From Chlorobiota bacterium (GTDB lineage Bacteria > Bacteroidota > Ignavibacteria > Kapaibacteriales > NICIL-2): a DNA stretch of 64,000 nt. The notes below the pieces were generated by a model, which made no database searches, was not told the DNA's origin, and was given only the letters and a program-made list of their open reading frames with translations. Position numbers and translations under genes: made by a program. Shown one piece after another: positions 9,870 through 20,226 of this stretch. Numbering within the stretch: position 1 is the first letter of the stretch; each line of letters starts with the position of its first letter. The stretch spans positions 53-64,052 of the forward strand of contig JAOAEV010000005.1 of NCBI GenBank assembly GCA_026416585.1, written 5' to 3'.

Positions 9870-10700
9870 ATGATTTCGTTTCGATTAGCGTGGCGATTGT
9901 GGCAGTTGCGCCCATGGCAAGCATTGCGTGTGTCTCTGCTGTCGGCAGTACTGGTGCTAAGCGCACTGGCTACACATACCTGGCTCGATCAGCAGTGGCA
10001 TCAACTGGAAAAGGAAAAGCATCAGTTGACGGTTTCCCTCATTATCGAGCCAGCTGGTGTTAACAATATGCAAGCGTTAGCTACTGATCTTCGTTCCCTC
10101 GCACCAGAATTGATTGAGCGTGTCGAGGTTGTCAGCGACTCTGCCGTTGTTGGACAGTTGCAAGCGCGTCACGGAGTCTCGCTGTCGGATTTACTGGGAG
10201 ACAGCGTTGTGCCAAGTATCCTGCGGATTGTTTTTATGCCTGCAGCCCTAAATCTTTCATCATTGACAGCGTTCATCGAACAATGTCGTGCCATCCCTGA
10301 GATCACCGACATCATTTATCCTCTGGAACGGAGCACACGTATCTTCGAGAAAGAGCAACAGCTCCGCGCTACGTCAACTGTGCTCAGCGTGATATGGGGC
10401 GCCATCGCCCTGCTTGCGCAATGGCTCCACTCTCGCAGCACGTTACCCTTGTCGAGACGAGATGGACAGACGTTGCTTCTTCTTGGCTCGACACCAGCGA
10501 TGATACGCCGCATACGTGCAAGCTACGCTCTACTCTCGCACGGGGTAGGCCTCGCAATTGCCGCGGTTGTTGTTTGGGGTGTGCTGATGCTTCTATCACC
10601 CGTTCAGAATCCCAGCTTCGCAGCTCTCGTAGGAGTCTCTGCTGCCGGGATCGTTGTTACCAGCGGCATCATCATCAGCACTGTTGTCGAACCACGCTAA
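9870..10700 (+). CDS. FtsX-like permease family protein
   Basis: 276 aa with an N-terminal TM helix, an ~120-aa periplasmic loop and three C-terminal TM helices. No ftsE-like ATPase gene is adjacent. Confidence 0.5.
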   Translation: MISFRLAWRLWQLRPWQALRVSLLSAVLVLSALATHTWLDQQWHQLEKEKHQLTVSLIIEPAGVNNMQALATDLRSLAPELIERVEVVSDSAVVGQLQARHGVSLSDLLGDSVVPSILRIVFMPAALNLSSLTAFIEQCRAIPEITDIIYPLERSTRIFEKEQQLRATSTVLSVIWGAIALLAQWLHSRSTLPLSRRDGQTLLLLGSTPAMIRRIRASYALLSHGVGLAIAAVVVWGVLMLLSPVQNPSFAALVGVSAAGIVVTSGIIISTVVEPR

Positions 10701-10704
10701 TGAT

Positions 10705-11130
10705 TCAGCGCTTCTGTTGTTGCGATTGCTGCGGAGAGGCTGAAGCATAGAGCGCTTGCTTGACGGTTTGGAATCGCTCAGCTGCTGAACCAGGAATGGT
10801 TGCCCGCTGCAACAGAGTCAAGAAGTTGTTCGCTGTCAGCAGGTTCATTTCGATCACAACAGGATCAGACTCTGCTTTTTTGGCCTTCTGGGCTTCTTGC
10901 GCCGCCTTGACAAGCACATTCTTGACATCAAGGAACAGCTCAACTTCACTCCCTTTGATCTCGACGGTGTTGAGCACATTGATCGCAAAGAGTACATCAC
11001 CGAGCGTCATTGTCGGTTTCAAAACTGTGTTTTGCGGTGACGACGCATCAGCCGTTTGCTGCTGGGCAATAGCAACTGAAACAACCATGCTTGCAATGGC
11101 ACACACAAGAGCACAACGAATGGAGCGCAT
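10705..11130 (-). CDS. Secreted/periplasmic hypothetical protein (possibly Skp/OmpH-like)
   Basis: I chose the internal Met (MRSIRCALVCAIASMVVSVAIAQQ signal peptide) over the track start. K/E/Q-rich helical region. Family uncertain. Confidence 0.3.
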   Translation of the reverse strand: MRSIRCALVCAIASMVVSVAIAQQQTADASSPQNTVLKPTMTLGDVLFAINVLNTVEIKGSEVELFLDVKNVLVKAAQEAQKAKKAESDPVVIEMNLLTANNFLTLLQRATIPGSAAERFQTVKQALYASASPQQSQQQKR

Positions 11131-11179
11131 AACAAGACAAGACAGATTGTGAAACAAACACAACAAAACCAAGAGGCGG

Positions 11180-12133
11180 TTACTTTTCGTCGAACAATCG
11201 GTCAAATAGCACGCCACAGGAGAGGCGGTGAACAAGCGCTGGTGCACTCAATGTCGTCACTGTGTAATCAAGCGTTAACGATGGGAATATGATGCCTGCA
11301 CCGACACCAAACCCCGTCAGCACCGACGCTGTAGCTGCTGATTGCGATGACCGAATACCATTGTCGTATCCAACACGAAGCTGGACGCTTTTCCCAACAT
11401 AGAGCTCACCGCTGATAGCAAAATTGCGAAGCCGATCGCCGAAAGATTGATTCTGCTCCGCAAGACGTGTCAAGTTAAAGTTGACCAGTAGGGGCAACCC
11501 ACGCAAGCGATGGCTCACTCCGATTCGAAAATCAGTCGGGAGTGCTGCATCTTCACCGTTCATTCGCGTCAGTTGAATACCAAGATAGCGCAGAGATGCA
11601 CCCACTGTAGTGCGAATATGTGGCATCTGGTAAAGCAGTCCTGCGCTGGCAACAATGGCACTTGCGGCGACACGATCGAGAGTCGTTTGTACATACCCGA
11701 TCGTGATACCGTAGTATGCATTTGTGTCGAATTGATTGGCATAGGAGAGTTGCAGCGCAACATGCGAAGCACTAAAGGAACCAGCAGGATTGCCGAATGC
11801 ATCGGTTCGGGTGAAACTTCCAAAGCTGGTAAATGCAGCCGACGCCCCCCACCGACCCTTGCCAAGAGTGCTACCGTAGGCTGCGACACCTGAGTTGATG
11901 TCGAGCACATGCTTGATGAAGGTAAGCGAAAACGAGCGATCCTCTGTTGTGGGCAGCACAGCAGGATTGTAAAGCTGTGCCGAAACATCGCCAGCGATTG
12001 CAACAAACGCCCCTGCTAATCCAGCAGCACGTGCACTCTCAGCCGAACGCAAAAAGTCGAATGGCGATAGTGTCTGTGCTTGTGCAAATGCTGTGGCTAC
12101 AGCAGCGACCACCATTGCGCGGACGCTATTCAT
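11180..12133 (-). CDS. Outer-membrane beta-barrel protein (PorP/SprF- or PorQ-like?)
   Basis: 317 aa with a signal peptide (AFAQAQ), alternating hydrophobic beta-strand pattern and an aromatic-rich C-terminus. Family assignment is tentative. Confidence 0.4.
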   Translation of the reverse strand: MNSVRAMVVAAVATAFAQAQTLSPFDFLRSAESARAAGLAGAFVAIAGDVSAQLYNPAVLPTTEDRSFSLTFIKHVLDINSGVAAYGSTLGKGRWGASAAFTSFGSFTRTDAFGNPAGSFSASHVALQLSYANQFDTNAYYGITIGYVQTTLDRVAASAIVASAGLLYQMPHIRTTVGASLRYLGIQLTRMNGEDAALPTDFRIGVSHRLRGLPLLVNFNLTRLAEQNQSFGDRLRNFAISGELYVGKSVQLRVGYDNGIRSSQSAATASVLTGFGVGAGIIFPSLTLDYTVTTLSAPALVHRLSCGVLFDRLFDEK

Positions 12134-12558
12134 CGCGCAACGTGAAGGAGTCGTTCAAAAAACCACTGTGGCGGACGGACTGCTCGGCGCCGTTGACGAT
12201 GGACAAAAGTATGCACGGTATAGCCTTCGGCAATTACATCACTCGCACGCAAAATACGATAGTCCAGTCGCAGGGTTGCGGCATATCGAACACCACAGGT
12301 TGTTTCAATCGTCAGCAAATCGTCATAGAAGGCAGGAGAGCGATATATAACATGCGCTTCCAGGACTGGCAGAAGGAGACCACTCGCTTCGATTTCCACG
12401 TACGGAACGCCTGCCCATCGTAGTAGCTCTGTACGACCGATTTCGAACAAGCGGAGGTAGTGGCCATTGTACATGTACTCCATCCGGTCGGTATCGGCGT
12501 AGCGCACCCGGTAGGGATATTCGTGACAGATGATTGGCACCAAGTGACTGTCGTCCAT
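12130..12558 (-). CDS. Acyl-CoA thioesterase, YbgC/4HBT hotdog family
   Basis: Internal start MDDSHL. YRVRYADTD...GHY motif characteristic of the 4HBT family. The track's N-terminal extension was rejected. Confidence 0.7.
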   Translation of the reverse strand: MDDSHLVPIICHEYPYRVRYADTDRMEYMYNGHYLRLFEIGRTELLRWAGVPYVEIEASGLLLPVLEAHVIYRSPAFYDDLLTIETTCGVRYAATLRLDYRILRASDVIAEGYTVHTFVHRQRRRAVRPPQWFFERLLHVAR

Positions 12559-12565
12559 GAAATCC

Positions 12566-13543
12566 TTATGGTCGCATAGAGCGCTCAATGAGAACAAATA
12601 GTTCGAGCAACCGTTCGAGATCCTCGATGGAGTAGAAGTCAATCTCGATAGTACCCGCACCTGTGCTGCTTTTGGACTTGACACGGACGTTTGTCGCGAA
12701 AATGGTGCGTAGCTGCCGCTCGATCTCTGCAAGCGTGGTGCGAACATCTTCTGATTCAGCAACCGATTGCGTTCTTCGGACAACTTGCTTCCCCGTATCA
12801 TAGCGAATATTACCAAGCTCGACATCCCGTACCAATGCTTCGGTGGCACGCACCGAAAGATCTTTAGCAATGATGTCCTCTACAACCTGAACCTGGAGTG
12901 CATGGTCTTCGAGTGCTAAGAGCGCACGTGCATGTCCCATGGTGATTTTTTTGAGGCGAAGCGCTTCCCGGACTGGTTCACTGAGCTTGAGTAGGCGAAG
13001 GAAGTTTGTTACTGTCGTACGGTCCTTGCCAACCTTTGCAGCAACTTCTTCTTGGGTCAGATGGCACTCTTCAATCAGGCGCTGATAGCCAAGCGCAACT
13101 TCGATCGGATTGAGATTTTCGCGCTGGACATTCTCGATCAGTGCCAGTTCGAGCATGTCTGTATCACGTTCGACATCGAGGATATAGGCTGGAATCATCG
13201 TCAAACCAGCTTCGATTGACGCGCGGACACGGCGTTCACCAGCAATAAGCTCATATCCATCCTCGATGCGCCGCACCGTAATTGGCTGAATAACGCCCTT
13301 TTCTCTAATGCTGCGGGTAAGCTCTTCCAGGGCGCCAGCATCGAAGTCCTGCCGCGGTTGATAGCGGTTCGGTCGAACCTTTGTGATCTCGATCAGCGCT
13401 GTCGCGCCAGTAATGGTGCCATCGTCAACGACCAGAGCACCGGCATGTTCTATCGACGGCAGCTCGCGTGGTATCAATGCCCCCAACCCTTTTCCCAGCC
13501 CGAGTGGCTTTGCTTTTTTCATAGCCGATGTTTGCTCCGTCAT
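12566..13543 (-). CDS. parB: Chromosome partitioning protein ParB/Spo0J
   Basis: [10 protein letters not shown], ParB N-terminal domain and HTH region. Overlaps parA by 4 bp. Confidence 0.9.
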   Translation of the reverse strand: MTEQTSAMKKAKPLGLGKGLGALIPRELPSIEHAGALVVDDGTITGATALIEITKVRPNRYQPRQDFDAGALEELTRSIREKGVIQPITVRRIEDGYELIAGERRVRASIEAGLTMIPAYILDVERDTDMLELALIENVQRENLNPIEVALGYQRLIEECHLTQEEVAAKVGKDRTTVTNFLRLLKLSEPVREALRLKKITMGHARALLALEDHALQVQVVEDIIAKDLSVRATEALVRDVELGNIRYDTGKQVVRRTQSVAESEDVRTTLAEIERQLRTIFATNVRVKSKSSTGAGTIEIDFYSIEDLERLLELFVLIERSMRP

Positions 13544-14346
13544 TGTTGGACGTGTACCGGATTGTGAGACGAACGATGGAGCTGTGGATTACGCTCCATA
13601 ATCTCGTGCGCCAATTCGAGATAATTCCGCGCACCCAAGCTCAATGCATCATAGAGCAAGACTGGTTTGCCATGGCTGGGCGCCTCTGACAACCGCACAT
13701 TTCGGCTGATAACAGTCGAACAGGCTTTCCCTTGAAAGTGTTTCCGCACTTCCTCGACAACTTGATTGGATAGTCGTAAACGGCTGTCGTACATCGTCAG
13801 CAGCACACCTTCGATCTCAAGCTGCGGATTGAGATGACGGCGAACAATCGAAATCGTATGGAGGAGCTGTCCCAATCCTTCCAGCGCATAGTATTCACAT
13901 TGCACTGGTATAAGCACCGAATCGGCCGCTGTCAACGCATTGAGCGTCAGCAAGCCCAATGATGGTGGGCAGTCAATGAGAATGTATGTGTATTTGCGCC
14001 GCATGTGCTCAAGAGCCTGGCGAAGAATGTTTTCCCGGCGTGGGAAGTCCACCAGCTCGATCTCGGCACCAACCAAGTTGATGTGTGAGGGTACAAGTTC
14101 TAAAAAGGGCATCTCGGTCGAAAGTGTCACATCAGCAATTGCAGCATTGCCAACCAGTACATTGTAGATTGTCCGGTCGAGTTGTCGCGTATCCACACCA
14201 AGTCCATTTGAGGCGTTTGCTTGGGGATCAATGTCAATGAGCAGTGTCGGTTGCTCTGCTGCAGCAAGCGACGCTGCGAGATTGACTGCAGTAGTCGTTT
14301 TTCCGACACCACCTTTTTGATTTGCAATGGCGATAACTTTACCCAT
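13540..14346 (-). CDS. parA: Chromosome partitioning ATPase ParA/Soj
   Basis: Internal start [24 protein letters not shown] (deviant Walker A). The track's N-terminal extension was rejected. Confidence 0.9.
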   Translation of the reverse strand: MGKVIAIANQKGGVGKTTTAVNLAASLAAAEQPTLLIDIDPQANASNGLGVDTRQLDRTIYNVLVGNAAIADVTLSTEMPFLELVPSHINLVGAEIELVDFPRRENILRQALEHMRRKYTYILIDCPPSLGLLTLNALTAADSVLIPVQCEYYALEGLGQLLHTISIVRRHLNPQLEIEGVLLTMYDSRLRLSNQVVEEVRKHFQGKACSTVISRNVRLSEAPSHGKPVLLYDALSLGARNYLELAHEIMERNPQLHRSSHNPVHVQQ

Positions 14347-14935
14347 TGAGACCTCCGCAAGAGTGTTCGACCGATTCGGTACGGAGCCGAAAAAGGGTCC
14401 ACGCTGCAATCATTATCGAATGTTGGATTTCACCATTAGCGATCAGCTGCTCAACGCGATCGAATGGGATCTCCACGGTTTCGACAACCTCGTGAGCGTC
14501 CCATTGTGGCTGTTTTACATACTGGCAGCCATACCAGGCATACGTGTAGCATCGCGTTGCCAAAAATGCGGGGTTGGGAAACTGCTCACCGATGGATTCG
14601 AGTGCAACACCGGCGTATCCTGTTTCTTCGGTGCATTCCCGCATTGCGGCACGCGCTGGATCTTCGTCAGGCGAAAGAACCCCGCCTGGAAACTCGAGAG
14701 TGATGCAATCAGACCCATGACGGTACTGTCGCACCATCACAACCGTGTTGTCCGGAGTAATTGGAATAACATTGACCCACGCCGGTGTATGGAGGACGAT
14801 GAACTCACCATACCGCCCATCACGCGGATGCTGACGCCTGACCCATTCAAGCCGAAATAAACGAAAATCGCCACCATCGCGCCGCTGGAGCGTCTTCCAT
14901 CTCAACTCAGGCTGGTGATTATCGGCAGGAGTCAT
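14339..14935 (-). CDS. NUDIX hydrolase (ADP-ribose pyrophosphatase-like)
   Basis: Nudix box [23 protein letters not shown]. Confidence 0.75.
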   Translation of the reverse strand: MTPADNHQPELRWKTLQRRDGGDFRLFRLEWVRRQHPRDGRYGEFIVLHTPAWVNVIPITPDNTVVMVRQYRHGSDCITLEFPGGVLSPDEDPARAAMRECTEETGYAGVALESIGEQFPNPAFLATRCYTYAWYGCQYVKQPQWDAHEVVETVEIPFDRVEQLIANGEIQHSIMIAAWTLFRLRTESVEHSCGGLNG

Positions 14936-15046
14936 TACATCAGAAAATTCGGGCTACGCGTTCCAAATTTACAGTGCATTTCCGCATGACTCCAAACATT
15001 TTTCCTGCAGGGTGGAAAGATTGTCGAAAAAATCGGTGCATAACCC

Positions 15047-15772
15047 TCAGAGAACACAACGTGCTCGCCGATGCACTGAAACTGCTGGGGAGTCAAGATC
15101 AAAAAAACGCAGCAGTGCGTCGGCTGCTCGCACAATGCCGATACGCGGCGAAATACCAATACGTTTCCGTTGGTACCTTGATGGAATGACCCATATTCCC
15201 TCTCCCGTACAGCGTCGGCAATTGTCGTCAAGATCAAAACCGAATGCCCGTGCAAGATTAGCCGGACCCGACAGAAGCTTCGCTATCGGTGCATTTATTC
15301 CTCGACGCTGACGCATGATTGCAATCCCGGCGAGCGGCTCAGCAGCTCGTAGCAGCACTGCTGTCCCTTCACCTTCTCGCCCAGTGACGATGTTCACACA
15401 ACGATGTACCCCATAAATACGATATACGTAAAGACATCCACCCGATTCGAACATCGCACGATTGCGTTGTGTCGGGCCACACCACGAATGGCTTGCCGGG
15501 TCGTCAGCATTGTAGGCTTCCGTCTCGACAATACGCGCAGCAAGCAACTGACCATCACTGAGACGGCGGATCAAAATGGTACCGATCAATTCCGGTGCAA
15601 CGATGTCCGTCGGTCGAACGAACCATTCCGGTGGGAATGCCAGGCGATCGAGCATTTCATCATCTGCTTCTTCGAGTGCCCGTTCAGGTATATCATGGTC
15701 AGTGGCAATGGTAACTTGCAATTGGTGCATCGTTTTGATTTGCTGTGGTTCGGCGTACAATACTACGGACAA
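15047..15772 (-). CDS. DNA-3-methyladenine glycosylase (Mpg/AAG family)
   Basis: RIVETEAYNADDPASHS...GPTQRNRAMFESGGCLYVYRIYGVHRCVNIV matches the conserved MPG-family core. The start may be internal. Confidence 0.75.
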   Translation of the reverse strand: MSVVLYAEPQQIKTMHQLQVTIATDHDIPERALEEADDEMLDRLAFPPEWFVRPTDIVAPELIGTILIRRLSDGQLLAARIVETEAYNADDPASHSWCGPTQRNRAMFESGGCLYVYRIYGVHRCVNIVTGREGEGTAVLLRAAEPLAGIAIMRQRRGINAPIAKLLSGPANLARAFGFDLDDNCRRCTGEGIWVIPSRYQRKRIGISPRIGIVRAADALLRFFDLDSPAVSVHRRARCVL

Positions 15773-16959
15773 CCTTTTGGCTCAGTGTCGGTGAAGCCGT
15801 TCTACTTGTTTCATTTGCTGCAGTATCTGTTGTTGTTGCGCGTCGTTTTGGAGCCGCCGGGCTCGGAGAGTATTCGATCGCAATGACCATTGGTGCCATA
15901 GTGCAAATAGTCGCCGATGCTGGCTATAGCATCTGGTTGCCACGAGAGGTTGCACAAGAGCCGAATGCAATTACCACCTATGTGGAAGATGCGATTGGGA
16001 CAAAAACTCTTCTCTGGATCGCAATACTACCACTCGCACTACTGGTCGCTGCGGTACACAGCCCGCAAGTTCTTGCTTTGACCGGAATCGTTATGCTTGA
16101 GGCATTGTCAGGGTGCATCAGCCACACAGTCTTGGCGGCATTGCGCGGCATCGAACACTACACCGTACCGCAACTTATCAGCAGCGGATATGGATTGATT
16201 GCAACATTAGCAATGATCAGCGCATTAGTGTTGTCCGGTTCTCTTGTCGTTGCAATCGCGCTTCTTGCACTTGTTGGGATGGGACGGGCAGTACACCTTT
16301 TTACGTTTCTACAGCGGCGCATCAACGAGCAACTCGATATGGGTCACATGTGGAGTGCAATGCGACCGTCTCGCGTACTGGTCGAGCTTCGCGACCAATG
16401 GCGTCTTTGGTGGGTTAACATTGCCAGCAGCATTATTCACAGGCTCCCGCTGGTGATGCTCGGTCTGCGGAGCAATAGCGTCGAGGTGGGACACTTCGCG
16501 GCTGCTTTTCGCATCTACAGTGCAGTACGCATAGTACCTGGGGCACTGTTCAACGCAGCTCTGCCGCGTCTGATAGCTGGTCAGAGTATAGGAGATCATT
16601 CCAGTAATGTCAGTATCATTGGAGCTGCAATCGGCGCTGTTATCGGGGTTGTATTGTGGTTCGTTGCGCCACTGCTCATTCGAGCAACGTTTGCTTTCGA
16701 TGCTGCTATCGAGCTCTTACAGTTGCTAGCGATTGCGTTTGTAGGATTATCGCTCAAAACAACTCTGGAAGCGCTCCTGATCGCCCGACATCAGGATCGC
16801 CCCGTTGCGATTGCAGTTACTGTTGGTGCCTTGGCGACCGTTTTACTCTCGTGGTTATTACCACCGACAGCTTTGATGTTTTCACTGCTCTCTATTGGTC
16901 TTGAATGGGCTCTTTTCTTGATACTCGCCCTCTGGTTTGCTGTGTGGCGTTGGCACTGA
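15745..16959 (+). CDS. Polysaccharide biosynthesis/PST-family transporter-like membrane protein
   Basis: About 10-12 predicted TM helices. Overlaps the mpg start region, so the true start is probably downstream. Confidence 0.5.
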   Translation: MVRRTILRTTFWLSVGEAVLLVSFAAVSVVVARRFGAAGLGEYSIAMTIGAIVQIVADAGYSIWLPREVAQEPNAITTYVEDAIGTKTLLWIAILPLALLVAAVHSPQVLALTGIVMLEALSGCISHTVLAALRGIEHYTVPQLISSGYGLIATLAMISALVLSGSLVVAIALLALVGMGRAVHLFTFLQRRINEQLDMGHMWSAMRPSRVLVELRDQWRLWWVNIASSIIHRLPLVMLGLRSNSVEVGHFAAAFRIYSAVRIVPGALFNAALPRLIAGQSIGDHSSNVSIIGAAIGAVIGVVLWFVAPLLIRATFAFDAAIELLQLLAIAFVGLSLKTTLEALLIARHQDRPVAIAVTVGALATVLLSWLLPPTALMFSLLSIGLEWALFLILALWFAVWRWH

Positions 16960-18563
16960 CGCTCATTGGCTGTGCCGTCGTACTTCCGCCACCTGGAGGA
17001 CCAGACGACCGTGTCCCTCCGCAGGTCGAATTCTGCAGCATTCCTCATGGCTTGCTCGGCGTCGGTACAGAACTGGCGATTGAGGTTAGATTTAGCGAAT
17101 ACATCGAGCGCAGTGATGTTCTCCGATGCATCGCGATATCGCCTCGTGCAGCAATGAACATCGAATGGAACGGACGCACCCTAACGATTCTTCTGGACAG
17201 CCTGCGCAAGGGAACAACGTATCGTCTGAGCATTGCTCCAGATTATCGTGACCTCCGTGGGAATCATGCTACTGAACCCTTCTCGCGTGTGTTCTCGACC
17301 GGCAATTATCTCGACAGTTGTCGCATCAGTGGAACCATCCTTACAACGGATGCGACACCACTCTACGCACAACTGATTCCGAGTGATACAACTCGGTCAA
17401 CAACACGGTACATCGTCCCTGCAGCACGGGACGGGAGTTTTCTTGCCGATGCGCTTCCATGCGAAACGTTTTTTGTTACTGCTTTTGCAGATGCGAATGG
17501 CAACGGTGAATATGACAACGGCGAAAAGTGCGGTGTGGCAGCAAGCACAATTGTCGCAGCACCAACGCCTGCGTATGTGCGTATCTGGCTATCACTCCCT
17601 CCGCCACGGAATCCGCTTCGAGTGCTGAATGCACGCGCAATCACCGAGCGAAGAATTCGTACCACTGTTTCTCTTCCTATAAATCGGACCGAACGGAATC
17701 ACTGGCAGCTTACCGATTCAATAAGTCGCAAAAACATTCCGATTGTCGGAACGGTTTTACGTGATGCTGATCATCTGGACATACTCAGTGCTGAACCACT
17801 TTCTGAAGAGCGAACCTACATTCTCGCACCTTCAGCCAATGCTGACATATGTGATACGGTAGGCAGAGCACTGGTTGTGGACACAACTGCAGTCACATTC
17901 AGCGGAAAAAGCATCCCTGACAGTATGCCGTTGCATGTTGTACAACTTGTGCCCCCACGCGATACAACCAGGAATGCTCCGTTGATGCCATCCTTACACG
18001 TACTATGGAGCGACGCTATTGCTACATTGCCTACCATTGAACTGTTCGAAACAGGATCGGACACCGTTGTACCGCTTAAGGTCGAGCGACAAGATGACGC
18101 GCATATCATCGCACAGCCCCGCGATTCTCTCCGTCCAACAACGCAGTACACATGGCATATCGTGCTCGCTGCTGCCCGTTCATGGCGCGGCATCCCAAGC
18201 AGCGACACAAACACACTCGTTCGCTCAATTTTCACCCTCGATACACGGGATGGTGGGAGTGTACGCGGAATAGTTATCGACTCATGTTGCAATTGCAGAC
18301 AGGTAATTGTGCTGGCGCGCAATCGCCAGGGTGGAACGGTTGCCACCGCTCGAGCTAATGCCGACGGACGCTTCATCATCGGATATCTTCCGGAGGATTC
18401 CTACCAACTCGATGTGTTCTGTGATGCAAATGCAAACAATGTTTACGATAGCGGTGGCCTTAACCCATTGCAACTCGGCGAGCACGTCGCAACTTCACCA
18501 GTGGCTGTTTCCATCAAAGCTCGCTGGATAACCGATGGAGTCACTATCCGACTTGGACGATGA
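16905..18563 (+). CDS. Lipoprotein with Ig-like/beta-sandwich repeats (hypothetical)
   Basis: Signal peptide plus lipobox (LTLIGC). Repeated beta-strand-rich segments. Overlaps the 2-hydroxyacid dehydrogenase gene by 4 bp. Confidence 0.4.
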   Translation: MGSFLDTRPLVCCVALALTLIGCAVVLPPPGGPDDRVPPQVEFCSIPHGLLGVGTELAIEVRFSEYIERSDVLRCIAISPRAAMNIEWNGRTLTILLDSLRKGTTYRLSIAPDYRDLRGNHATEPFSRVFSTGNYLDSCRISGTILTTDATPLYAQLIPSDTTRSTTRYIVPAARDGSFLADALPCETFFVTAFADANGNGEYDNGEKCGVAASTIVAAPTPAYVRIWLSLPPPRNPLRVLNARAITERRIRTTVSLPINRTERNHWQLTDSISRKNIPIVGTVLRDADHLDILSAEPLSEERTYILAPSANADICDTVGRALVVDTTAVTFSGKSIPDSMPLHVVQLVPPRDTTRNAPLMPSLHVLWSDAIATLPTIELFETGSDTVVPLKVERQDDAHIIAQPRDSLRPTTQYTWHIVLAAARSWRGIPSSDTNTLVRSIFTLDTRDGGSVRGIVIDSCCNCRQVIVLARNRQGGTVATARANADGRFIIGYLPEDSYQLDVFCDANANNVYDSGGLNPLQLGEHVATSPVAVSIKARWITDGVTIRLGR

Positions 18564-19636
18564 TTCTTGTGGACCGCACCATCCCACTCCTTCCAGATTT
18601 ACTCGCACCTTTAGGAAAGGTCGCTACGTTCGACCATCGTATATTCAACCGATGGCTTCTGGTGGAAACAAAGTGCCGTGCGTTGTTTATTCGCTCGACA
18701 GTGCACATCACATATCCATTACTGGAAGGAACACACGTCCGATTTATTGGCTCTGTCACCAGTGGCAGTGACCATATCGCCGATGATATAGCATCCACAC
18801 TGGGCGTTACAGTTGCACTCGCACATGGAGCCAATGCGAACGCAGTCGCTGAGTACGTGCTCGCAAGCGTGCTTTTGTGGTGTTTGCAGACAGAAAAATC
18901 CCCCGCTGAGCACACCATCGGCATCATCGGGTATGGTAACATCGGTCGTCGCGTTGCTGAGTACATGCACCACCTCGGTATGCATGTTGTCGTGTGTGAT
19001 CCGCCCCTTGCCGATGTAGGATTTTCATTCCCCAATACTGTCACCGTTGCGCCACTCGACGAATTGTTGTCTACCAGCACGATTGTCACCAACCACGTGC
19101 CGCTTGTCACCACTGGACGGTATCCCACAATCTATTTGCTCGATACGCACCAACTTCGGGCATCGCCAGCTCGTCTGATCGTGCACACTTCGCGCGGAGG
19201 TATCATCAGAACGCGGGCACTTGCTGATGCCGCTCGTCGTGACATCGCCCTTGCAATAGACGTGTGGGAAAATGAACCGAATGTGTCCCCAACGCTGGTA
19301 CACAGAGCGCTCATTGCGACTCCCCATATTGCTGGGCACTCGCATAATGCAAAGTTGAGTGCGTCGGTCATAGTTGCACAGCAATATTTTACTTTTTGTG
19401 ATGCAGAGTTTGTGCTCCCGGCGCTTGAGCTTCCCCCACGAAAGCGTTTCGACTGTGATATCGAGCCGAACATGGCATTGAAGATGTTGCTGCAGTCCCG
19501 ACAATTCGATCGCGACACTGACCAATTGCGTCGCGTAGCAAAGTTGCGGCTCTCATCACGTTTGGCTGCAATCGAGCATTTTCGCGCGACATATCCACCC
19601 CGTTATGAAGTTTTTCGAACCATCTACGACGAGTGA
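18560..19636 (+). CDS. D-isomer-specific 2-hydroxyacid dehydrogenase (PdxB/erythronate-4-phosphate dehydrogenase-like)
   Basis: NAD-binding GIIGYGNIGRRVA motif and the catalytic-domain pattern of the family. Overlaps the rmlC-like gene by 4 bp. Confidence 0.7.
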   Translation: MILVDRTIPLLPDLLAPLGKVATFDHRIFNRWLLVETKCRALFIRSTVHITYPLLEGTHVRFIGSVTSGSDHIADDIASTLGVTVALAHGANANAVAEYVLASVLLWCLQTEKSPAEHTIGIIGYGNIGRRVAEYMHHLGMHVVVCDPPLADVGFSFPNTVTVAPLDELLSTSTIVTNHVPLVTTGRYPTIYLLDTHQLRASPARLIVHTSRGGIIRTRALADAARRDIALAIDVWENEPNVSPTLVHRALIATPHIAGHSHNAKLSASVIVAQQYFTFCDAEFVLPALELPPRKRFDCDIEPNMALKMLLQSRQFDRDTDQLRRVAKLRLSSRLAAIEHFRATYPPRYEVFRTIYDE

Positions 19637-20220
19637 TGGCACGTTTTGAGATCGTCGCATCTGCCCTCGATGGAATCCTTGTATTGCAACCAACGGTTTT
19701 CTACGACACTCGTGGCGCTTTCCTGGAATGTTTCAATGCGCAAGAGTTTGCCCAGCTTGGCTTGCCGACTAATTTTGTTCAGGACAACATGTCAGTATCT
19801 CGCTATGGCGTCCTTCGAGGGCTACATTTTCAATGGGACCCACCGATGGGTAAACTACTTCGTGTGTGCTGTGGTCATATCCAGCTTGTCGAAGTAGATA
19901 TTCGTCCCGACTCACCTTCGTGTGGCATGCACTGGTCTATCGAGCTTACTGCAAATGAGCATCAACTTATCTGGATTCCACCTGGCTTTGCCAATGGCTT
20001 TTTGGTCCTCAGTTCGGAAGCAATCGTGCAGTATAAATGCACAGCGTTTTACAATCCTACAGGGGAAGGTGCAATTCGATGGAACGATCCCTCACTCGAC
20101 ATTGGATGGAATCTTGACTCCGAGCCAATTACCAGCGAGAAGGATCGAAATGCTATGACCCTCCAGCAGTGGCTCGCACGCTCAGAATCACGCTTATTGA
20201 CGTATCAAAACAAACGGTGA
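19633..20220 (+). CDS. rfbC: dTDP-4-dehydrorhamnose 3,5-epimerase-like cupin (RmlC family)
   Basis: 195 aa: LDGILVLQP..FYDTRGAF.E.F...GLHFQ pattern typical of RmlC. Confidence 0.75.
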   Translation: MMARFEIVASALDGILVLQPTVFYDTRGAFLECFNAQEFAQLGLPTNFVQDNMSVSRYGVLRGLHFQWDPPMGKLLRVCCGHIQLVEVDIRPDSPSCGMHWSIELTANEHQLIWIPPGFANGFLVLSSEAIVQYKCTAFYNPTGEGAIRWNDPSLDIGWNLDSEPITSEKDRNAMTLQQWLARSESRLLTYQNKR

Positions 20221-20226
20221 ATACCT

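Noticed and set aside
12559-12870. Track ORF 12130-12870 extends 104 codons upstream of the thioesterase domain.
   Set aside because: The extension is low-complexity (S/R/P-rich) and overlaps the 3' end of parB in another frame. The hotdog-fold domain begins exactly at the internal Met (MDDSHL), just after the parB stop.
14347-14409. N-terminal 21-codon extension of parA in the track ORF.
   Set aside because: The canonical ParA N-terminus [18 protein letters not shown] starts at the internal Met. The extension would overlap the NUDIX gene.
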